From an uncultured Oscillospiraceae bacterium (GTDB lineage Bacteria > Bacillota > Clostridia > Christensenellales > Aristaeellaceae), in the NCBI GenBank assembly GCA_964483645.1, contig CAZACG010000002.1, positions 1 to 27,459 on the forward strand: a DNA stretch of 27,459 bases. Direction: 5' to 3'. The notes below the pieces were generated by a model. That model saw only the letters and a list, made by a program, of their open reading frames with translations. It was not told the DNA's origin and did not search any database. The position numbers and the translations under genes were made by a program. This document shows positions 25,450 to 27,459 of this stretch, one piece after another (position 1 is the stretch's first letter; each line of letters begins with the position of its first letter).

Positions 25450-26389
25450 AGTAGAAAGCATCCTCGGGCATCGCGCCGCCGATGGACTTCGGGTTAGCCG
25501 CGAGCAGCAGTTCGAAGAGCGGCTCGATCTGCGCACGCATCTCCTCGCCCTCCACGAAGACGATGTGGCAGTTCGGAATGGCCTTGACGGCAACCGCAGC
25601 CTTGGGCATGACGCCGTGAGATTGAACCTTTTCGCCTGCCGCAGCGGGATCCGCGTTGACCGACTGCACGGAGGCCGCGTAGCTGTCAAGGAATGCGGCG
25701 ACCTTTTCCGGGTTAGCCTCGGCGAATTCGCGGCGCACGATCACGCAGCCCATGGAGAGCACCATGTTTTCGTTTCCGGCGGCCTTGGCGGTTTCATCGA
25801 ATACGGAGGTGATGTCAAGCGCGGCGCGCAGATTCTCGTTCTGCATCAGCGCGCTGGTGACATGCGGCTCGGGCAGGATGCCGATCTCAGCCTGACCGGA
25901 GGCGAGCAGGGTTGCCAGCTCGCTGTGTTCGGCGACATACTCAAGCTCCACGCGGTCCTTGATGTTGTTCCGGCTGAGAATGTAATCAATCGCGTACTCC
26001 GGCACGCTGCCCTGACCGGTCGCGTAAACCTTGCGCCCCGCCAGATCGTCGATGGAGTCGATGGTCGGGTCAGAGGTGACCACATGCAGAACGCCCAGCG
26101 TGTTCAGTGCAAGCAGCTGCACGCCGCCGTTCGTTTTCACATTCAGTGTAGCGGCGAGGTTGGTCGGGCAGGCAGCGATATCTGCGCTGCCGCTGGCTAC
26201 GGCAGCAACGATCTCATCGCCCGCGCCCACCAGCGTGAAGGCGTAGGCATCCGTATCGTCCATCAGCTCCACCATGCCGATACCGGTCGGTCCCTTGAGC
26301 GCATAAACGCGCACGGGTTCATCGGCTGCGCCGATGCAGGAAACCGCGACAAGCAGCGCGGCCAGAAGCAAAAGAGCCATCTTCTTCAT
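25439..26389 (-). CDS. ABC transporter substrate-binding protein (NitT/TauT, SsuA/NMT1-like)
   Basis: Signal peptide MKKMALLLLAALL; LKGPTGIG, ACPTNLAATL, LNTLGVLHVV, ILPEPHVT; GAAGGAGG RBS. Confidence 0.85.
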   Translation of the reverse strand: MKKMALLLLAALLVAVSCIGAADEPVRVYALKGPTGIGMVELMDDTDAYAFTLVGAGDEIVAAVASGSADIAACPTNLAATLNVKTNGGVQLLALNTLGVLHVVTSDPTIDSIDDLAGRKVYATGQGSVPEYAIDYILSRNNIKDRVELEYVAEHSELATLLASGQAEIGILPEPHVTSALMQNENLRAALDITSVFDETAKAAGNENMVLSMGCVIVRREFAEANPEKVAAFLDSYAASVQSVNADPAAAGEKVQSHGVMPKAAVAVKAIPNCHIVFVEGEEMRAQIEPLFELLLAANPKSIGGAMPEDAFYYAR

Positions 26390-26435
26390 GAGAAAAACCC
26401 TCCTTCAAAACGTTAGGGATGACAAATTCCGACTC

Positions 26436-26464
26436 ATTATAGCACAAAGGCATCGTTTTTACAA
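26436..26464 (-). promoter_or_regulatory. Sigma-A promoter of the ABC operon
   Basis: Minus strand: TTGTAA, 17 bp ending TGTGC, TATAAT. Confidence 0.8.
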
Positions 26465-26474
26465 CTTTGTTACA
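26458..26474. promoter_or_regulatory. OmpR/PhoB-family direct-repeat box
   Basis: TTACA-N6-TTACA (11-bp period); the minus strand reads TGTAAC-AAAGT-TGTAAA. Confidence 0.65.
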
Positions 26475-26490
26475 GGGCAAAGCGATCATC

Positions 26491-26501
26491 TGTGCTATAA
26501 T
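26491..26501 (+). promoter_or_regulatory. Extended -10 promoter of the two-component operon
   Basis: TGTGC-TATAAT with no recognisable -35 at 17-bp spacing (CAGGGC). Confidence 0.7.
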
Positions 26502-26592
26502 TTGGCGGAAGCAAGGCGCGACGTCTAGGCATCGGAAGCCGCGCGGCGCGCTTTGACGAGTAGGAATAAAGAATGGCAAAGGAGGAACAGAC

Positions 26593-27255
26593 ATGGCGGA
26601 TATCCTGATCGTGGAGGATGAAGCGTCCATTCGGCAGGTGCTTTCCATGCATTTTTCGCTTGTGGGGCATGAGGTTTGCGAAGCGGAGGACGCCGAGCAG
26701 GCGAGGATGCAGCTGGAAAAATCGGCACCCGACCTGGCCGTGCTGGACGTGATGCTGCCGGGAGAGGATGGTTTTTCTCTGGCGCAGACCGTGATCGAGC
26801 GCAATATCCCCGTGCTGTTTCTGACTGCGAAGACGAGTGTGCCGGATCGTGTGCGCGGCCTTTCCATGGGCGCGCAGGATTACATGCTCAAGCCCTTTGA
26901 GCCTGCGGAGCTGCTGGCGCGCGTGGAAAATATACTGCGCAGAACCAAGCGTGAGGAGCGTCGCTTTGCATGCGGCGGACTGAACATTGATTTTGAAGCC
27001 CGGCGCGTGACGCTGGAGGGCAGAGAGATACAGCTCACTGCGCTGGAGTTTAATTTGCTGACGATGCTTGTGCGCAGGCGCAATGTCGCCATGAGCCGCG
27101 AAGAGCTGCTTGTCGGCGTTTGGGGCTACGATTACGCAGGCGAAACGCGCACCGTAGATGTGCATGTGCAGCGGCTTCGCAGCAAGATCGGCGCGGGATA
27201 TATTGAGACGGTGTATAAATACGGGTATCGGTTTTCGGCGGAGGGACACGCATGA
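26593..27255 (+). CDS. OmpR/PhoB-family response regulator
   Basis: ILIVEDE, phospho-acceptor VLDVMLPGEDG, FLTAK, GAQDYMLKPF, winged-helix motifs LTALEFNLL, RTVDVHVQRLRSKI and ETVYKYGYRF. Confidence 0.95.
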   Translation: MADILIVEDEASIRQVLSMHFSLVGHEVCEAEDAEQARMQLEKSAPDLAVLDVMLPGEDGFSLAQTVIERNIPVLFLTAKTSVPDRVRGLSMGAQDYMLKPFEPAELLARVENILRRTKREERRFACGGLNIDFEARRVTLEGREIQLTALEFNLLTMLVRRRNVAMSREELLVGVWGYDYAGETRTVDVHVQRLRSKIGAGYIETVYKYGYRFSAEGHA

Positions 27256-27459
27256 GAAAACGCATGGCCATCTCCATGGTGCTGCTGGTTTTGCTGCTCT
27301 TTCCCATCGGAACGGGTCTGATTGTCTCGCGCTGCTTTGATTTGACCATGGAGCGCGAACGCATGCGGGCGCTTTCCGAGGAGGCTGCCATTGCGCGCGC
27401 TGTCGCGATGGAGATCAGCTCCGGCACGCAGGAAACGATCTTTGCCGTGGCGAGCGGCG
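27252..27459 (+). CDS. Probable sensor histidine kinase, N-terminal fragment (3'-truncated)
   Basis: ATGA overlap with the regulator stop; the frame is open to the window end (MRKRMAISMVLLVLLLFPIGTGLIVSRCF...) with an N-terminal transmembrane helix. The kinase call comes from position only; no kinase domain is visible. Confidence 0.7.
   Translation, partial: MRKRMAISMVLLVLLLFPIGTGLIVSRCFDLTMERERMRALSEEAAIARAVAMEISSGTQETIFAVASG

Noticed and set aside
25450-25689. 80-codon N-terminal extension of the permease ORF
   Set aside because: It overlaps the binding-protein gene in another frame and is low-complexity Arg/Ser-rich; the later Met at 25449 fits translational coupling.
25418-26416. 332-aa plus-strand ORF
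   Set aside because: Antisense shadow of the substrate-binding protein gene.

Overview
A GC-rich, gene-dense chromosomal window from an endospore-forming Clostridia-class bacterium (spoVT, gpr and dacF are present). The non-lipoprotein signal peptides suggest a Christensenellales-like lineage, but that is inference only. Order: 5'-truncated transglutaminase-like gene; oppABCDF; alanine-racemase-like gene, M20D amidohydrolase and S66 LD-carboxypeptidase; secreted LTD/CotH kinase; spoVT; phosphodiester glycosidase plus an Lgt-like gene; nadE (minus strand); gpr-dacF; DUF3793 (minus); cca; a NitT/TauT-type ABC importer (minus) divergent from an OmpR-family regulator and a 3'-truncated sensor kinase. 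I see no rRNA, tRNA, CRISPR array, transposase or phage genes. Most notable: (1) a putative murein-peptide recycling locus whose OppC carries a ~133-aa SH3b-like insertion and whose racemase has a VanT-like Tyr-to-Asn change; (2) two diverged copies of a ~190-198 bp non-coding element with imperfect terminal inverted repeats and structure-conserved GAA-loop hairpins; (3) a two-domain NadE whose glutaminase Lys and Cys appear lost; (4) a degenerate Lgt paralogue alongside binding proteins that lack lipoboxes; (5) readable operators upstream of DUF3793 and between the ABC and two-component promoters. All protein calls come from motif recognition by eye; no database search was run.
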